A stretch of 32,000 nucleotides of DNA from Longivirga aurantiaca. Lineage in GTDB: Bacteria > Actinomycetota > Actinomycetes > S36-B12 > CAIYMF01. The DNA lies in contig NZ_JBHSTI010000008.1 of NCBI RefSeq assembly GCF_042660085.1, forward strand, positions 480,001 through 512,000, in the 5' to 3' direction. Positions 1 to 8,842 of the stretch are shown here, in pieces. Within the stretch, counting starts at the first letter, position 1. The number at the start of each line of letters is the position of its first letter. The translations under genes and the position numbers were made by a program. The notes under the pieces were generated by a model, which was not told the origin of the DNA, searched no databases, and saw only the letters and a list, made by a program, of their open reading frames with translations.

Positions 1-1
1 C

Positions 2-1027
2 GCCGGGGTGTGGGCAGACCGGCACAACCGCAAGCTGATCGTGATGGGTGCGGACGCGGTCATCGCCCTGACCACCCTGGGCCTCGTCGTGCTGCTGCTG
101 CGCGGCGTCGAGGACCTGTGGCTGATCTTCCTGACGCTCGCGATCCGCTCGGTCGGCGCCGGCGTGCAGACCCCTGCCGTGAGCGCGCTCATCCCGCAGA
201 TCGTGCCCGCGGCCAGCCTCATGCGGGTCAACGGCATCAACACCAGCATCCAGTCGGGGTCGATGCTGCTCTCGCCGGCGGTGGCGGCCTGGCTGTACGC
301 CTCCTTCGACCTCGTCGCCGTGCTCATGGTCGACGTCGTGACGGCGCTGATCGGCATCGGACTGGTGCTGCTCGTCCCCGTCCCGGCGATCGCCCGGAGC
401 GCCGTGGCCATGGGCTACCTGGACGACCTCAAGGCGGGGCTGGGCTACGTCAGGACCCACACGCTCGTGCGCCGGGTGCTCGTCTTCTACGCGATCATCT
501 TCGTGCTCGTCGTCCCGCCGTCGTACCTGACGCCGCTGCTGGTGGTGCGAACGTTCGGCGACGAGGTCTGGAAGCTCACGGCGAACGAGCTCGCGTTCAG
601 CATCGGGATGGTCGTGGGCGGCGCCTTCCTCGCGTGGTGGGGCGGCACACGCGACCGCATCGCGATGCTCGTCGGCGCCTCGATCGGGGTGGGCGTGCTG
701 AGCATCGCCCTCGGCCTCGCCCCGTACCTCTGGATCTTCCTCGTGTTCATGTTCCTGGTCGGTGTGTGCATCCCGTTCTTCTGGACCACCTCGACCACGC
801 TGCTGCAGGAGACGGTCGAGAACGACTTCCAGGGCCGGGTCTTCGGCCTGCTCGGGATCGTGATGGCGCTCGCGATGCCGTTCGGCATGCTGGTCTTCGG
901 GCCGCTCAGCGACGTGGTGAGCGTCCAGGCGCTCCTGGTCGGCGGAGGCGTGCTGACGATCCTCGTGGGGATCGTCGTGGCCACCCGCAGCCCCGTCTCG
1001 GAGGAGTCGCACGCGGCGAGTGCGTGA
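2..1027 (+). CDS. MFS transporter (DHA3/macrolide-efflux-like), 5'-truncated by window edge
   Basis: ORF track 8..1027. The frame stays open to the window edge. The protein is a series of hydrophobic helices (LIVMGADAVIALTTLGLVVLLL, WIFLVFMFLVGVCIPFFW). It has fewer helices than a full 12-TM MFS, so the N-terminus lies upstream. Third codon positions are almost all G/C. Confidence 0.8.
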   Translation, partial: AGVWADRHNRKLIVMGADAVIALTTLGLVVLLLRGVEDLWLIFLTLAIRSVGAGVQTPAVSALIPQIVPAASLMRVNGINTSIQSGSMLLSPAVAAWLYASFDLVAVLMVDVVTALIGIGLVLLVPVPAIARSAVAMGYLDDLKAGLGYVRTHTLVRRVLVFYAIIFVLVVPPSYLTPLLVVRTFGDEVWKLTANELAFSIGMVVGGAFLAWWGGTRDRIAMLVGASIGVGVLSIALGLAPYLWIFLVFMFLVGVCIPFFWTTSTTLLQETVENDFQGRVFGLLGIVMALAMPFGMLVFGPLSDVVSVQALLVGGGVLTILVGIVVATRSPVSEESHAASA

Positions 1028-1039
1028 GCCCGGGCGGTC

Positions 1040-1999
1040 GTGCCGGCCGACGTCCGGTTGGATGTGCGCATGACCGAGGCCGGCGAGGTGCGCGCGAACG
1101 CCGTGTCCCGGCCGCCGGGCACCGACATCGCGCTCATGGCGGTCGCGGTCACGGCCATCTCGACGTCCGGCCCGATCATCGCCGCGATGGCGGCCCCGGC
1201 CCTCGCCATCGCCTTCTGGCGCGGCGTCTTCGGCGGCGGTCTCACCCTGCTGTGGGCCCTCGTGCGGCAGCGGGCGGAGCTGTTCGCCCTCAGCGGCAGC
1301 TCGCGGCGGTGGACCGTGATCGCGGGGCTGCTCCTGGGTGCGCACTTCGCGACCTGGGTGCCGAGCCTGCGCTTCACCTCGGTGGCGGCGTCCACCGCCC
1401 TGGTGGCGACGCAGCCCGTGTGGGCGGCGCTCATGGCCCGGGCGCAGGGTGCCCACGTCGCGCGGCAGGCCTGGGTGGGCATCGGGGTCTCGCTGCTCGG
1501 CATCCTCGTGCTCACGGGCATCGACTTCTCGATCAACCCCATGGCCCTCGTGGGCGACCTTCTCGCCCTCGCCGGCGCCGTGCTGGCCGCGGCCTACGTC
1601 ACGGCAGGGGAGAAGGCACGCCAGACGGTCTCGACGCCCGTCTACACCGGCGTCGCCTACGTGGTCTCGTCGCTGGCGATCCTGCCGCTGTGCCTGCTCC
1701 TGGGTGCGTCGCTCACCGGCTACTCCGCCCGCGACTGGTGGCTCCTCGTGGCGCTCACGGCCGGTGCCCAGCTGCTCGGCCACACGCTCATCAACCGGGT
1801 GCTCAAGACCACCTCGGCCACCGTGACCAGCCTGGCGATCCTGTTCGAGATGCCGGGTGCCACCCTCATCGCGGCTGTCTGGCTCGGACAGGTGCCGCCG
1901 CTCGCGATCCTGCCCGCGCTCGTCCTGCTCTTCGCAGGCCTCGTGCTGGTGATCCGCTCGGGCGACCGGCGGGTGCTCTCCGAGTCGCCCCCGGTCTGA
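1040..1999 (+). CDS. EamA/DMT-family transporter
   Basis: ORF 1040..1999 (319 aa). About ten hydrophobic helices form two EamA-like halves (TALVATQPVWAALMA, LAILFEMPGATLIAAVWLGQ). The start is uncertain: GTG 1040, GTG 1064 or ATG 1070. Confidence 0.8.
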   Translation: MPADVRLDVRMTEAGEVRANAVSRPPGTDIALMAVAVTAISTSGPIIAAMAAPALAIAFWRGVFGGGLTLLWALVRQRAELFALSGSSRRWTVIAGLLLGAHFATWVPSLRFTSVAASTALVATQPVWAALMARAQGAHVARQAWVGIGVSLLGILVLTGIDFSINPMALVGDLLALAGAVLAAAYVTAGEKARQTVSTPVYTGVAYVVSSLAILPLCLLLGASLTGYSARDWWLLVALTAGAQLLGHTLINRVLKTTSATVTSLAILFEMPGATLIAAVWLGQVPPLAILPALVLLFAGLVLVIRSGDRRVLSESPPV

Positions 2000-2046
2000 G
2001 TTACCGATCACTCACCCCCGTCGCGCGCGGAGGTACATATCGCTCG

Positions 2047-2052
2047 TAGCGT
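2047..2052 (+). promoter_or_regulatory. -10-like TAGCGT, 7 nt before ATG 2060 (leaderless geometry)
   Basis: TANNNT at a fixed offset from the start codon. Confidence 0.45.
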
Positions 2053-2059
2053 GGCCTCC

Positions 2060-3028
2060 ATGAGCTACCCCGCCCGCGTTCTGCGATCCCGCCGTTCGAA
2101 CCTGGCCGTGCCCGGTTCCTCGCCGAAGATGCTGGAGAAGGCCAAGGGCCTGCCGGCAGACCAGGTGTTCATGGACATCGAGGACGCGGTCGCACCCCTC
2201 GCGAAGCCTGATGCCCGCAAGAACATCGTCGCCGCTCTCAACGAGGGCGGGTACGACGGCAAGGTGCGCACGGTCCGCGTGAACGACTGGACGACGCACT
2301 GGACCTACCGCGACGTCGTCGAGGTGGTCGAGAACGCCGGCCAGAACCTCGACTGCATCATGCTGCCCAAGGTGCAGACGGCCGAGCAGGTCGTCGCGCT
2401 GGACCTGCTGCTGACGCAGATCGAGAAGACGATGGGCTTCGAGGTCGGCCGGATCGGCATCGAGGCGCAGATCGAGAACGCGCTGGGCCTCACCAACGTC
2501 AACGCGATCGCCGCCGCCAGCCAGCGCGTCGAGACGATCATCTTCGGCCCGGCCGACTTCATGGCCTCGATCAACATGAAGTCGCTGGTGGTCGGCGAGC
2601 AGCCGCAGGGCTACGACGTCGGCGACGCCTACCACTACATCCTCATGCAGATCCTCATGGCGGCCCGGGCGTACGACAAGCTCGCGATCGACGGGCCGTA
2701 CCTGCAGATCAAGGACGTCGAGGGCTACAAGCGCGTCGCGGGCCGTTCCGCTGCGCTGGGCTTCGACGGCAAGTGGGTGCTGCACCCCGGCCAGGTCGAC
2801 GCCGCCAACGAGGTCTACTCGCCGCGGCAGGAGGACTACGACCACGCCGAGCTGATCCTCGACGCGTACGACTACTACACCTCCGCCGAGGGCGGCGCCC
2901 GCGGAGCGGTGATGCTCGGCGACGAGATGATCGACGAGGCCAGCCGCAAGATGGCGCTGGTGATCTCGGCCAAGGGGCGCGCGGCCGGCATGGCCCGCAC
3001 GCAGTCGTTCGAAGCACCGGAGGCGTGA
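2060..3028 (+). CDS. HpcH/HpaI aldolase / citrate-lyase beta (CitE)-like acyl-CoA lyase (malyl/citramalyl-CoA lyase type)
   Basis: ORF 2051..3028. RSRRSNLAVPGSSPKMLEKA at the N-terminus, plus IEAQIENALGL and IFGPADF, match the CitE/HpcH family. I placed the start at ATG 2060 because TAGCGT (2047-2052) lies 7 nt upstream, a leaderless geometry. GTG 2051 is the alternative. Confidence 0.88.
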   Translation: MSYPARVLRSRRSNLAVPGSSPKMLEKAKGLPADQVFMDIEDAVAPLAKPDARKNIVAALNEGGYDGKVRTVRVNDWTTHWTYRDVVEVVENAGQNLDCIMLPKVQTAEQVVALDLLLTQIEKTMGFEVGRIGIEAQIENALGLTNVNAIAAASQRVETIIFGPADFMASINMKSLVVGEQPQGYDVGDAYHYILMQILMAARAYDKLAIDGPYLQIKDVEGYKRVAGRSAALGFDGKWVLHPGQVDAANEVYSPRQEDYDHAELILDAYDYYTSAEGGARGAVMLGDEMIDEASRKMALVISAKGRAAGMARTQSFEAPEA

Positions 3029-3029
3029 G

Positions 3030-4232
3030 ATGGCCCGCCTGGCCCAGACCGAGGACCTGACCGAGATCCAGTCGGAGATCCTGACCGCTGTCCGCGAGTT
3101 CGTGGACAAGGAGATCATCCCGGTCGCGCAGGAGCTCGAGCACGCCGACGAGTACCCGTCGGCCATCGTCGAGCAGATGAAGGAGATGGGGATCTTCGGG
3201 CTGATGATCCCCGAGGAGTACGGCGGCCTCGGCGAGAGCCTGCTGACCTACGCGCTGTGCGTCGAGGAGATCGCGCGCGGCTGGATGTCGGTCAGCGGCA
3301 TCATCAACACGCACTTCATCGTCGCCTACATGGTGATGCAGCACGGCACCGAGGAGCAGAAGGCGCACTACCTGCCGCGGATGGCGACGGGCGAGGTGCG
3401 GGGCTCGTTCTCGATGTCGGAGCCGCACTGCGGCAGCGACGTCGCGGCGATCCGCTCCAAGGCGGTGCGCGACGGCGACGAGTTCGTCCTCACCGGCCAG
3501 AAGATGTGGCTGACCAACGGCGGCTCCTCCACGCTGACCGCGGTGCTGGTGCGCACCGACGGCGAGGCCGAGGAGGGCTCGAGCGTCTACAAGAAGATGA
3601 CGACGTTCCTGGTCGAGAAGCCCGCCGGCTTCGGCGAGGTCCGCCCCGGGCTCACCATCCCCGGGAAGATCGACAAGATGGGCTACAAGGGCGTCGACAC
3701 CACCGAGCTCGTCATGGACGGCCTGCGCCTGCCCGAGACCGCGATCCTGGGCGGCGCACCGGGCCGCGGCTTCTACCAGATGATGGACGGCGTCGAGGTG
3801 GGCCGCGTCAACGTGGCGGCCCGCGGCTGCGGCATCGCGATCCGCGCGTTCGAGCTCGGCATCGACTACGCCCAGCAGCGCCAGACGTTCGGCAAGCAGA
3901 TCGCCGACCACCAGGCCGTGCTGTTCCGCCTCGCCGACATGGCCGTCAAGGTCGAGGCCGCGCACAAGATGATGGTCGCCGCCGCCCGCAAGAAGGACTC
4001 GGGCGAGCGCAACGACCTCGAGGCCGGCATGGCGAAGTACCTCGCGTCCGAGACGGCCAAGGAGGTCGTGGAGGACTCGTTCCGCATCCACGGCGGCTAC
4101 GGCTACGCCAAGGAGTACGAGATCGAGCGCCTCTACCGCGAGGCCCCGATGCTGCTCATCGGCGAGGGCACCGCGGACATCCAGCGCATGATCATCGGAC
4201 GCCGCCTCCTCGAGGACTACAGGCGCGCCTAG
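3030..4232 (+). CDS. acyl-CoA dehydrogenase
   Basis: 400 aa. GGAGG at 3019-3023 precedes the ATG. Family motifs are present: GSFSMSEPHCGSD, and a C-terminal YREAPMLLIGEGTADIQRMIIGRRLL. The gene starts 2 nt after the CitE-like stop, which suggests an operon. Confidence 0.95.
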   Translation: MARLAQTEDLTEIQSEILTAVREFVDKEIIPVAQELEHADEYPSAIVEQMKEMGIFGLMIPEEYGGLGESLLTYALCVEEIARGWMSVSGIINTHFIVAYMVMQHGTEEQKAHYLPRMATGEVRGSFSMSEPHCGSDVAAIRSKAVRDGDEFVLTGQKMWLTNGGSSTLTAVLVRTDGEAEEGSSVYKKMTTFLVEKPAGFGEVRPGLTIPGKIDKMGYKGVDTTELVMDGLRLPETAILGGAPGRGFYQMMDGVEVGRVNVAARGCGIAIRAFELGIDYAQQRQTFGKQIADHQAVLFRLADMAVKVEAAHKMMVAAARKKDSGERNDLEAGMAKYLASETAKEVVEDSFRIHGGYGYAKEYEIERLYREAPMLLIGEGTADIQRMIIGRRLLEDYRRA

Positions 4233-4253
4233 CCCCTGCACGCTCGCTTCTGG

Positions 4254-4282
4254 GGCCCCGGGCCGCCGACGGTTCGGGGGCC
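4254..4282 (+). terminator. GC-rich hairpin after the acyl-CoA dehydrogenase gene (no U tract)
   Basis: GGCCCCG (4254-4260) pairs with CGGGGGCC (4275-4282) with one bulge. It lies 22 nt after the stop and 22 nt before the next -10-like hexamer. Confidence 0.3.
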
Positions 4283-4303
4283 GTGGCAGTTCCTTCCGGG
4301 AAG

Positions 4304-4309
4304 TAGGGT
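4304..4309 (+). promoter_or_regulatory. -10-like TAGGGT, 6 nt before ATG 4316
   Basis: TAGGGTcggaccATG. The same cggaccATG context occurs at 16662-16670. Confidence 0.5.
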
Positions 4310-4315
4310 CGGACC

Positions 4316-4861
4316 ATGAGCAGAACCTCGAGGGACCCGATCGGCGCCGACGTCACCAAGCGCCCTGTGCTGGCGTCGTACGACGATTACCTCGACGCGC
4401 AGAAGGCCGTCGACACGTTGTCCGACAAGGGCTTCCCGGTGCAGAACGTGGCGATCGTGGGCGTCGACGTGCGGATCGTCGAGGCGGTGCTGGGGCGCAT
4501 GTCGTGGGGCAAGGCGGCGACGTCTGGCCTGTTCTCGGGAGCCTGGTTCGGCGGACTCATCGGCCTGTTCATCGCGCTGTTCGGCACCGCCAACGGCGAG
4601 GTGCTGCCGCTGTTCGGCCTCGGCGTCCTGTACGGCGCCGCCGCGGGCATCGTCTTCGGCATGGTGTCGTACGCGTTCACCGGCGGGAAGCGCGACTTCG
4701 TCTCGCGCCAGCAGCTGCAGGCGCAGCGGTACGACGTCCTCTGCGAGCAGGCGGTGCTCGGCGAGGCGCGCAAGGTCCTGGGGCTCGGCGTCACCTGGCC
4801 GCCGCCGCTGCCCGCCGACCAGCCTGCCGACCAGCCTGCCGCGAGCGACGAGCAGGCGTGA
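4316..4861 (+). CDS. general stress protein 17M (YflT)-like domain membrane protein
   Basis: 181 aa. The N-terminal SYDDYLDAQKAVDTLSDKGFPVQNVAIVGVDVR resembles the YflT-type domain. Two Gly-rich hydrophobic helices follow. The C-terminal PADQPADQPA comes from a 12-nt tandem duplication at 4814-4837. Confidence 0.7.
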   Translation: MSRTSRDPIGADVTKRPVLASYDDYLDAQKAVDTLSDKGFPVQNVAIVGVDVRIVEAVLGRMSWGKAATSGLFSGAWFGGLIGLFIALFGTANGEVLPLFGLGVLYGAAAGIVFGMVSYAFTGGKRDFVSRQQLQAQRYDVLCEQAVLGEARKVLGLGVTWPPPLPADQPADQPAASDEQA

Positions 4862-4874
4862 TCCGGGCGGGCCG

Positions 4875-6026
4875 GTGACCAGCGATCCCGCAGGGTTCGA
4901 GGGCCGCAGCGGCCTCGCCGCGCAGTTCGCCCGGCAGGCGCGCGACTGCGCCGACATCGGCTCCGGCGTGTATGCGGACATCTGCCGCTCCGCGTCGTTG
5001 GAGCTCGCGTCGGGCGGACCACTGGCCGCGCTGCTCCAGCCCTGGTCCGACGCGCGCGACGGCGACCTCATCCCCCTGCGGGTGCTCGCAGCTGCGCACC
5101 GGCTCGTGCTCGAGCGGGAGGCGCCCGCCCTCGCGCTGTGGTTCCCGTCCGTCGGGGGGACGGCCCCGGTCGACGGGGCAGGCCGCGGCTCCTGCTACGA
5201 GGCCTGGCAGGAGGCGTTGCGGGACAACGCATCCCGCCTTCCTGTGCTGCTCTCCTCGCCGCCCCAGACGAACGAGCCCGCCCGCTCTGCGGCGTTCACG
5301 GGAGCGTTCTCGATCGTGTCGGAGGCGTATCGGCTCCCGCTCCACGTGCACGAGGTAGGCGCCTCCGCCGGCCTCAACCTGCTGGCCGACCGGGTGCGGA
5401 TCACGTGGCTCGGCGGCGCGCGGGGGCCGCAGGGCTCGCCGCTCGTTCTCGAGGACGTATGGACCGGCGACCCGCTTCCCCCGGACGTCGCGCCCGACAT
5501 CGTGGCGCGGGTGGCCGTCGACCTCGCGCCCGTCGACGTCACCACGACCGAGGGGCGCCTGCACCTGACGTCGTTCGTGTGGCCCGACCAGACCGAGCGG
5601 TTCGAGCGGCTGCGCGCGGCGTACGAGCTCGCGGCCACCGTGCCCGTCGAGCTCGTGCGGGCCGACGTCGTCGACCACCTGCGGTCGCTCGAGCCCGTGC
5701 CCGGCCGGGTGCTCGTCGTCGCGCACTCGACGACATGGATCTACCTCGACGAGCCCGCGCGCGCCGCCGCCGAGGTCGCATTCCAGCAGCTCGCCTCCCA
5801 TGCCGGGCCCGAGGCGCCGGTGGTGCACCTGTCGCGCGAGCCGCACGCCCTCGACGAGCGGGCCGGTCTCGACTTCGACCTCATCCTCCGCTGCTGGCCT
5901 GCGCCGCTCCACGGTCCGCTCGCAGCCTTCCCTGCGGGCACGTCGCTGCTGGTCGGGTGCACGAGCGCCCACGGCCTCCCGGTGCGCTGGCAGCCTCCGA
6001 CCGAGACGGCGATCACCGCCCTCTGA
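4875..6026 (+). CDS. DUF2332 family protein
   Basis: 383 aa with a GC3-rich frame. The N-terminal FARQARDC..IGSGVYADIC....PLRVLAAAHRLVLE pattern matches what I recall of DUF2332. The GTG start lies 14 nt after the upstream stop. Confidence 0.65.
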   Translation: MTSDPAGFEGRSGLAAQFARQARDCADIGSGVYADICRSASLELASGGPLAALLQPWSDARDGDLIPLRVLAAAHRLVLEREAPALALWFPSVGGTAPVDGAGRGSCYEAWQEALRDNASRLPVLLSSPPQTNEPARSAAFTGAFSIVSEAYRLPLHVHEVGASAGLNLLADRVRITWLGGARGPQGSPLVLEDVWTGDPLPPDVAPDIVARVAVDLAPVDVTTTEGRLHLTSFVWPDQTERFERLRAAYELAATVPVELVRADVVDHLRSLEPVPGRVLVVAHSTTWIYLDEPARAAAEVAFQQLASHAGPEAPVVHLSREPHALDERAGLDFDLILRCWPAPLHGPLAAFPAGTSLLVGCTSAHGLPVRWQPPTETAITAL

Positions 6027-6040
6027 CCGCAGCGGGTCAG
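6023..6040. terminator. stop-codon-embedded hairpin between convergent genes
   Basis: CTGACC (6023-6028) pairs with GGTCAG (6035-6040). Both TGA stops lie in the stem. Confidence 0.35.
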
Positions 6041-6468
6041 GGGACGAGACCCCAGGTGCGGAGAGCGGTGAGGACCCCGGGGGCCATGAGGCCGTCGGTG
6101 TCGAGGGCTACGACCTCGGCGACGTCGAACCAGCGGGCGTCGGCCGCATCGTCGCCCGCCACCGCCTCCGGCTGCGCTCCGTCGTCGTGCCGAGGCGCGC
6201 AGAGGTAGTCGGCGATCACGTAGATGCCGCCGGACGGCGCATCGCGCTCGACCGTGCCGACGAGCCTCCCCACCGCCACGCGGACCCCGGTCTCCTCGAG
6301 CACCTCGCGGGCGCAGCCCTCCTCGGGGCTCTCGCCGTCCTCGAGCCGTCCGCCGGGGATCGACCACAGCCCGAGGCTCGGCTGCTGGCCGCGCTGCACG
6401 AGGAGCAGCTTCCCGGCGTCGACGACGATCCCGCCGACACAGGGGATGCGCGGTGTCTCGTGGCTCAC
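6037..6468 (-). CDS. NUDIX hydrolase
   Basis: Nudix box GGRLEDGESPEEGCAREVLEETGV. The track ORF extends to 6615, but its first ~49 residues are Arg/Ala-rich and look non-native. I placed the start at GTG 6468 (GTG 6474 is also possible). Confidence 0.82.
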   Translation of the reverse strand: MSHETPRIPCVGGIVVDAGKLLLVQRGQQPSLGLWSIPGGRLEDGESPEEGCAREVLEETGVRVAVGRLVGTVERDAPSGGIYVIADYLCAPRHDDGAQPEAVAGDDAADARWFDVAEVVALDTDGLMAPGVLTALRTWGLVP

Positions 6469-6568
6469 GAGCACCAGTCTGGCGGTTGACTCCGGGCGCC
6501 GTCGGGGCCACCGTGCTCGGCAGAAGGCCGTCGGCGCCCGGGCCGCGGCCGCGCGGAAGAGGCTGCTG

Positions 6569-7207
6569 ATGCCCGAACCCGTGTGCGTGCGCTGCGGCGG
6601 CCCCGTGGGGCTCACGGTCGACGTGCCCGCCTGGCACTGCCCGACCCACGGCGAGGTCGAACCTCTGCACGCGCCCCTGCCGGCCGAGCACTACCACCTG
6701 CGCGACGTCGCGTCCTCGTCCGCTGTGCCCGTGTGGATCCCGCTGCCGCTGCCCGTCGGCTGGGCGGTGTCCGGCGTACGGCGTACCGGCGGCACGGGCC
6801 CGGCGCGAGCCGTCGCGGTCTCGTACACCGGCCCCGGGCTCGCCGCACGCACCGCCGAGATGGTGATCGTGGCGGAGGAGCCCGGCGTGGGACTCGGCGC
6901 GCAGTACGCCGGCATCGTCGGCACCGACCCCGGCCCGGAGATCACCGGCCTGCCGCGCGACACGGCGGTGACGGCGGGCGGGCATCCGACCTCGCTCTGG
7001 TCGCTGCCGGTGTCGGACCGGTCGGCGTACGTCGGCGAGGCAGCCGGCTGCTGGCTCTGGATCATCACCTGGCCCGTGACCGAGTGGATGGTCGTGCACG
7101 ACGGCCTGGCGCTGCACGACCTGCGGGTCGTGGACATCCGCACCCGCCTCGGCGAGGTGCCCGTCAGCGCGCTCACCCCGCGCCTGTCCCTCGACCCCCC
7201 TCGCTGA
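6569..7207 (+). CDS. conserved actinobacterial protein with N-terminal zinc ribbon (DUF6758-like)
   Basis: ATG at 6569 within track ORF 6224..7207. The N-terminus is CVRCGGP-x14-CPTH (CxxC...CxxH). The frame is GC3-rich. The family name is from memory only. Confidence 0.6.
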   Translation: MPEPVCVRCGGPVGLTVDVPAWHCPTHGEVEPLHAPLPAEHYHLRDVASSSAVPVWIPLPLPVGWAVSGVRRTGGTGPARAVAVSYTGPGLAARTAEMVIVAEEPGVGLGAQYAGIVGTDPGPEITGLPRDTAVTAGGHPTSLWSLPVSDRSAYVGEAAGCWLWIITWPVTEWMVVHDGLALHDLRVVDIRTRLGEVPVSALTPRLSLDPPR

Positions 7208-7257
7208 CACTGATCGATCCGTCTTACCGGCACCGGGAAGCGACGGATCGATCGGTG
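7208..7257 (+). repeat. intergenic hairpin element, copy A (16-bp stem)
   Basis: 7208-7223 pairs with 7242-7257 (15 Watson-Crick pairs plus 1 G-U), with an 18-nt loop. The element is about 80 percent identical to 28728-28777. Confidence 0.7.
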
Positions 7258-7276
7258 CGAGCGAGACGGGTGACCG

Positions 7277-7282
7277 TAGGGT
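7277..7282 (+). promoter_or_regulatory. -10-like TAGGGT, 6 nt before GTG 7289
   Basis: TANNNT at a fixed offset from an in-frame GTG of the MarC gene. Confidence 0.45.
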
Positions 7283-7288
7283 GTGCGC

Positions 7289-7909
7289 GTGTCGTCGTGG
7301 TTGGACCTCAAGCTCCTGGCCTCGGTCTACCTCACGCTGTTCGTGATCATGGACCCGCCGGGCATCATCCCGATCTTCCTGGCGCTCACCGCGCGCCGCG
7401 GCAAGGCGGCGATGGCCAAGCTCGCCGCGCAGGCGGCGCTCACCTCGTTCGCGGTCATCACGGCGTTCGCGCTCTTCGGCGAGCGGATCCTCGCGTTCCT
7501 CGGGATCTCGCTCCCGGCGCTGCAGGCGTCCGGCGGGCTGCTGCTGCTGATCGTCGCCCTCGAGCTGCTCACCGGGAAGACTGACGAGCCCACCGAGGTC
7601 GACGACGTCAACGTGGCGATGGTGCCGCTCGGTACGCCGTTGCTCGCCGGCCCCGGTGCGATCGTGGCCACGATCCTGTTCGTGCGGCAGTCCGACACCA
7701 CTGCCGAGATCACCGCGCTGGTGCTCGGCATCGTCGCGATCCACGTGACCATCTACCTCGTGATGCGCTACTCGGTGTTCCTCGCGAACATCCTCAAGCC
7801 CACCGGGATCCTGGTGCTCACGCGCATCGCCGGCCTGCTGCTGGCCGCCATCGCGGTCGAGCTCGTCGCCGCCGGCGTCTTCGGCTTCATCGACGCCAAC
7901 GCCGCATGA
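7289..7909 (+). CDS. MarC-family (UPF0056) integral membrane protein
   Basis: YLTLFVIMDPPGIIPIFLALT near the N-terminus is the MarC signature. GTG 7289 is preferred because TAGGGT (7277-7282) lies 6 nt upstream. The track start is 7283. Confidence 0.85.
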   Translation: MSSWLDLKLLASVYLTLFVIMDPPGIIPIFLALTARRGKAAMAKLAAQAALTSFAVITAFALFGERILAFLGISLPALQASGGLLLLIVALELLTGKTDEPTEVDDVNVAMVPLGTPLLAGPGAIVATILFVRQSDTTAEITALVLGIVAIHVTIYLVMRYSVFLANILKPTGILVLTRIAGLLLAAIAVELVAAGVFGFIDANAA

Positions 7910-8808
7910 GCGACGACGGCGCCCTCACCTTCGACGGCATGCCCACGCGGCTGTGGTCGTGCACGCCGACCAAGCTCGACACCTGGCTCTCCTGCCCGCG
8001 CCGGTTCCGGTTCGCGTACCTGGACCGCAGGCCCAAGGGCCTGCCGTGGGCGCACAACAGCGTCGGCTCGTCGGTGCACAACGCGCTCCGCGACTGGTGG
8101 CTGCTGCCCGTGGAGCGGCGTACGCCGGGGGCTGCCACCGACCTCGTGACGCGCAACTTCCTGACCGACGGGTTCCGCGACGACGCGCAGATCCGCGAGT
8201 GGCGCGAGCGCGCCGCCGCGATGACGTCGTCGTACGTCGCCCACCTCGACCCGGACGACGAGCCCGCCGGGGTCGAGCGCACGGTGTCGACCACGACGCA
8301 CGGCATGGCGCTGTCGGGCCGGGTCGACCGCATCGACCGCCGCGCGAGCGACGACGGCGCCGACGAGCTCGTCATCGTCGACTACAAGACCGGACGCCGT
8401 CCGCTCACCGACGACGACGCGCGCTCGTCGCTCGCGCTGGCGGTCTACGTCGTCGCGGCGAGCCGCACGCTGCGCCGACGCTCGCGCCGGGTCGAGCTGC
8501 ACCACCTGCCCACGGGAACCGTTGCGGCGCACGACCACACGCCGGAGTCGATCGAGCGGCACCTGACGCGGGCGGGCGACATCGCAGCCGAGGCCAGCAC
8601 CGCCGAGACCGTCTGGAAGGACCGGCTCGCGTCCCGCGCCGAGGACGCCGCGGCCGGCGACGCCGACGCGGTCGAGGCGATCGACGCGCACTTCCCGCCG
8701 AGCCCCGGGCCGTCGTGCTCGTGGTGCGACTACCGCCGCTGGTGCCCGAGCGGCCGCGACGCGTCGTCCGAGATCGCGCCCTGGTCGGGGCTCGCCGACT
8801 CGGCCTAG
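7906..8808 (+). CDS. PD-(D/E)XK nuclease, RecB-family exonuclease with Cas4/AddB-type Cys cluster
   Basis: The ATG overlaps the MarC stop (ATGA at 7906-7909). There is an N-terminal Cys (LSCPRRFRFAYL), an IVDYK core and a C-terminal CSWCDYRRWC (CxxCx5C), the pattern of Fe-S nucleases. Confidence 0.78.
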   Translation: MSDDGALTFDGMPTRLWSCTPTKLDTWLSCPRRFRFAYLDRRPKGLPWAHNSVGSSVHNALRDWWLLPVERRTPGAATDLVTRNFLTDGFRDDAQIREWRERAAAMTSSYVAHLDPDDEPAGVERTVSTTTHGMALSGRVDRIDRRASDDGADELVIVDYKTGRRPLTDDDARSSLALAVYVVAASRTLRRRSRRVELHHLPTGTVAAHDHTPESIERHLTRAGDIAAEASTAETVWKDRLASRAEDAAAGDADAVEAIDAHFPPSPGPSCSWCDYRRWCPSGRDASSEIAPWSGLADSA

Positions 8809-8842
8809 CGCTGGCGGCGCTGTCGAGCGGCACGCCGAGGTG

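Noticed and set aside
10-2049. 679-aa ORF spanning the MFS and EamA genes in another frame. Similar long ORFs occur at 2709-4241(-), 5741-7744(-), 17759-20896(-), 18070-20535(+), 23303-25609(-), 25586-27715(+) and 27809-30133(+).
   Set aside because: These ORFs are Arg/Pro/Gly/Ala-dominated with no recognisable motifs. They cross the boundaries of several well-supported genes and lack the G/C third-position bias of the real frames. This is the expected absence of stop codons in off-frames of very GC-rich DNA.
4814-4837. 12-nt tandem duplication GCCGACCAGCCT x2 (protein PADQPADQPA).
   Set aside because: It is a short in-frame slippage repeat in a disordered C-terminal tail. It may be polymorphic between strains, but no functional signal is evident.
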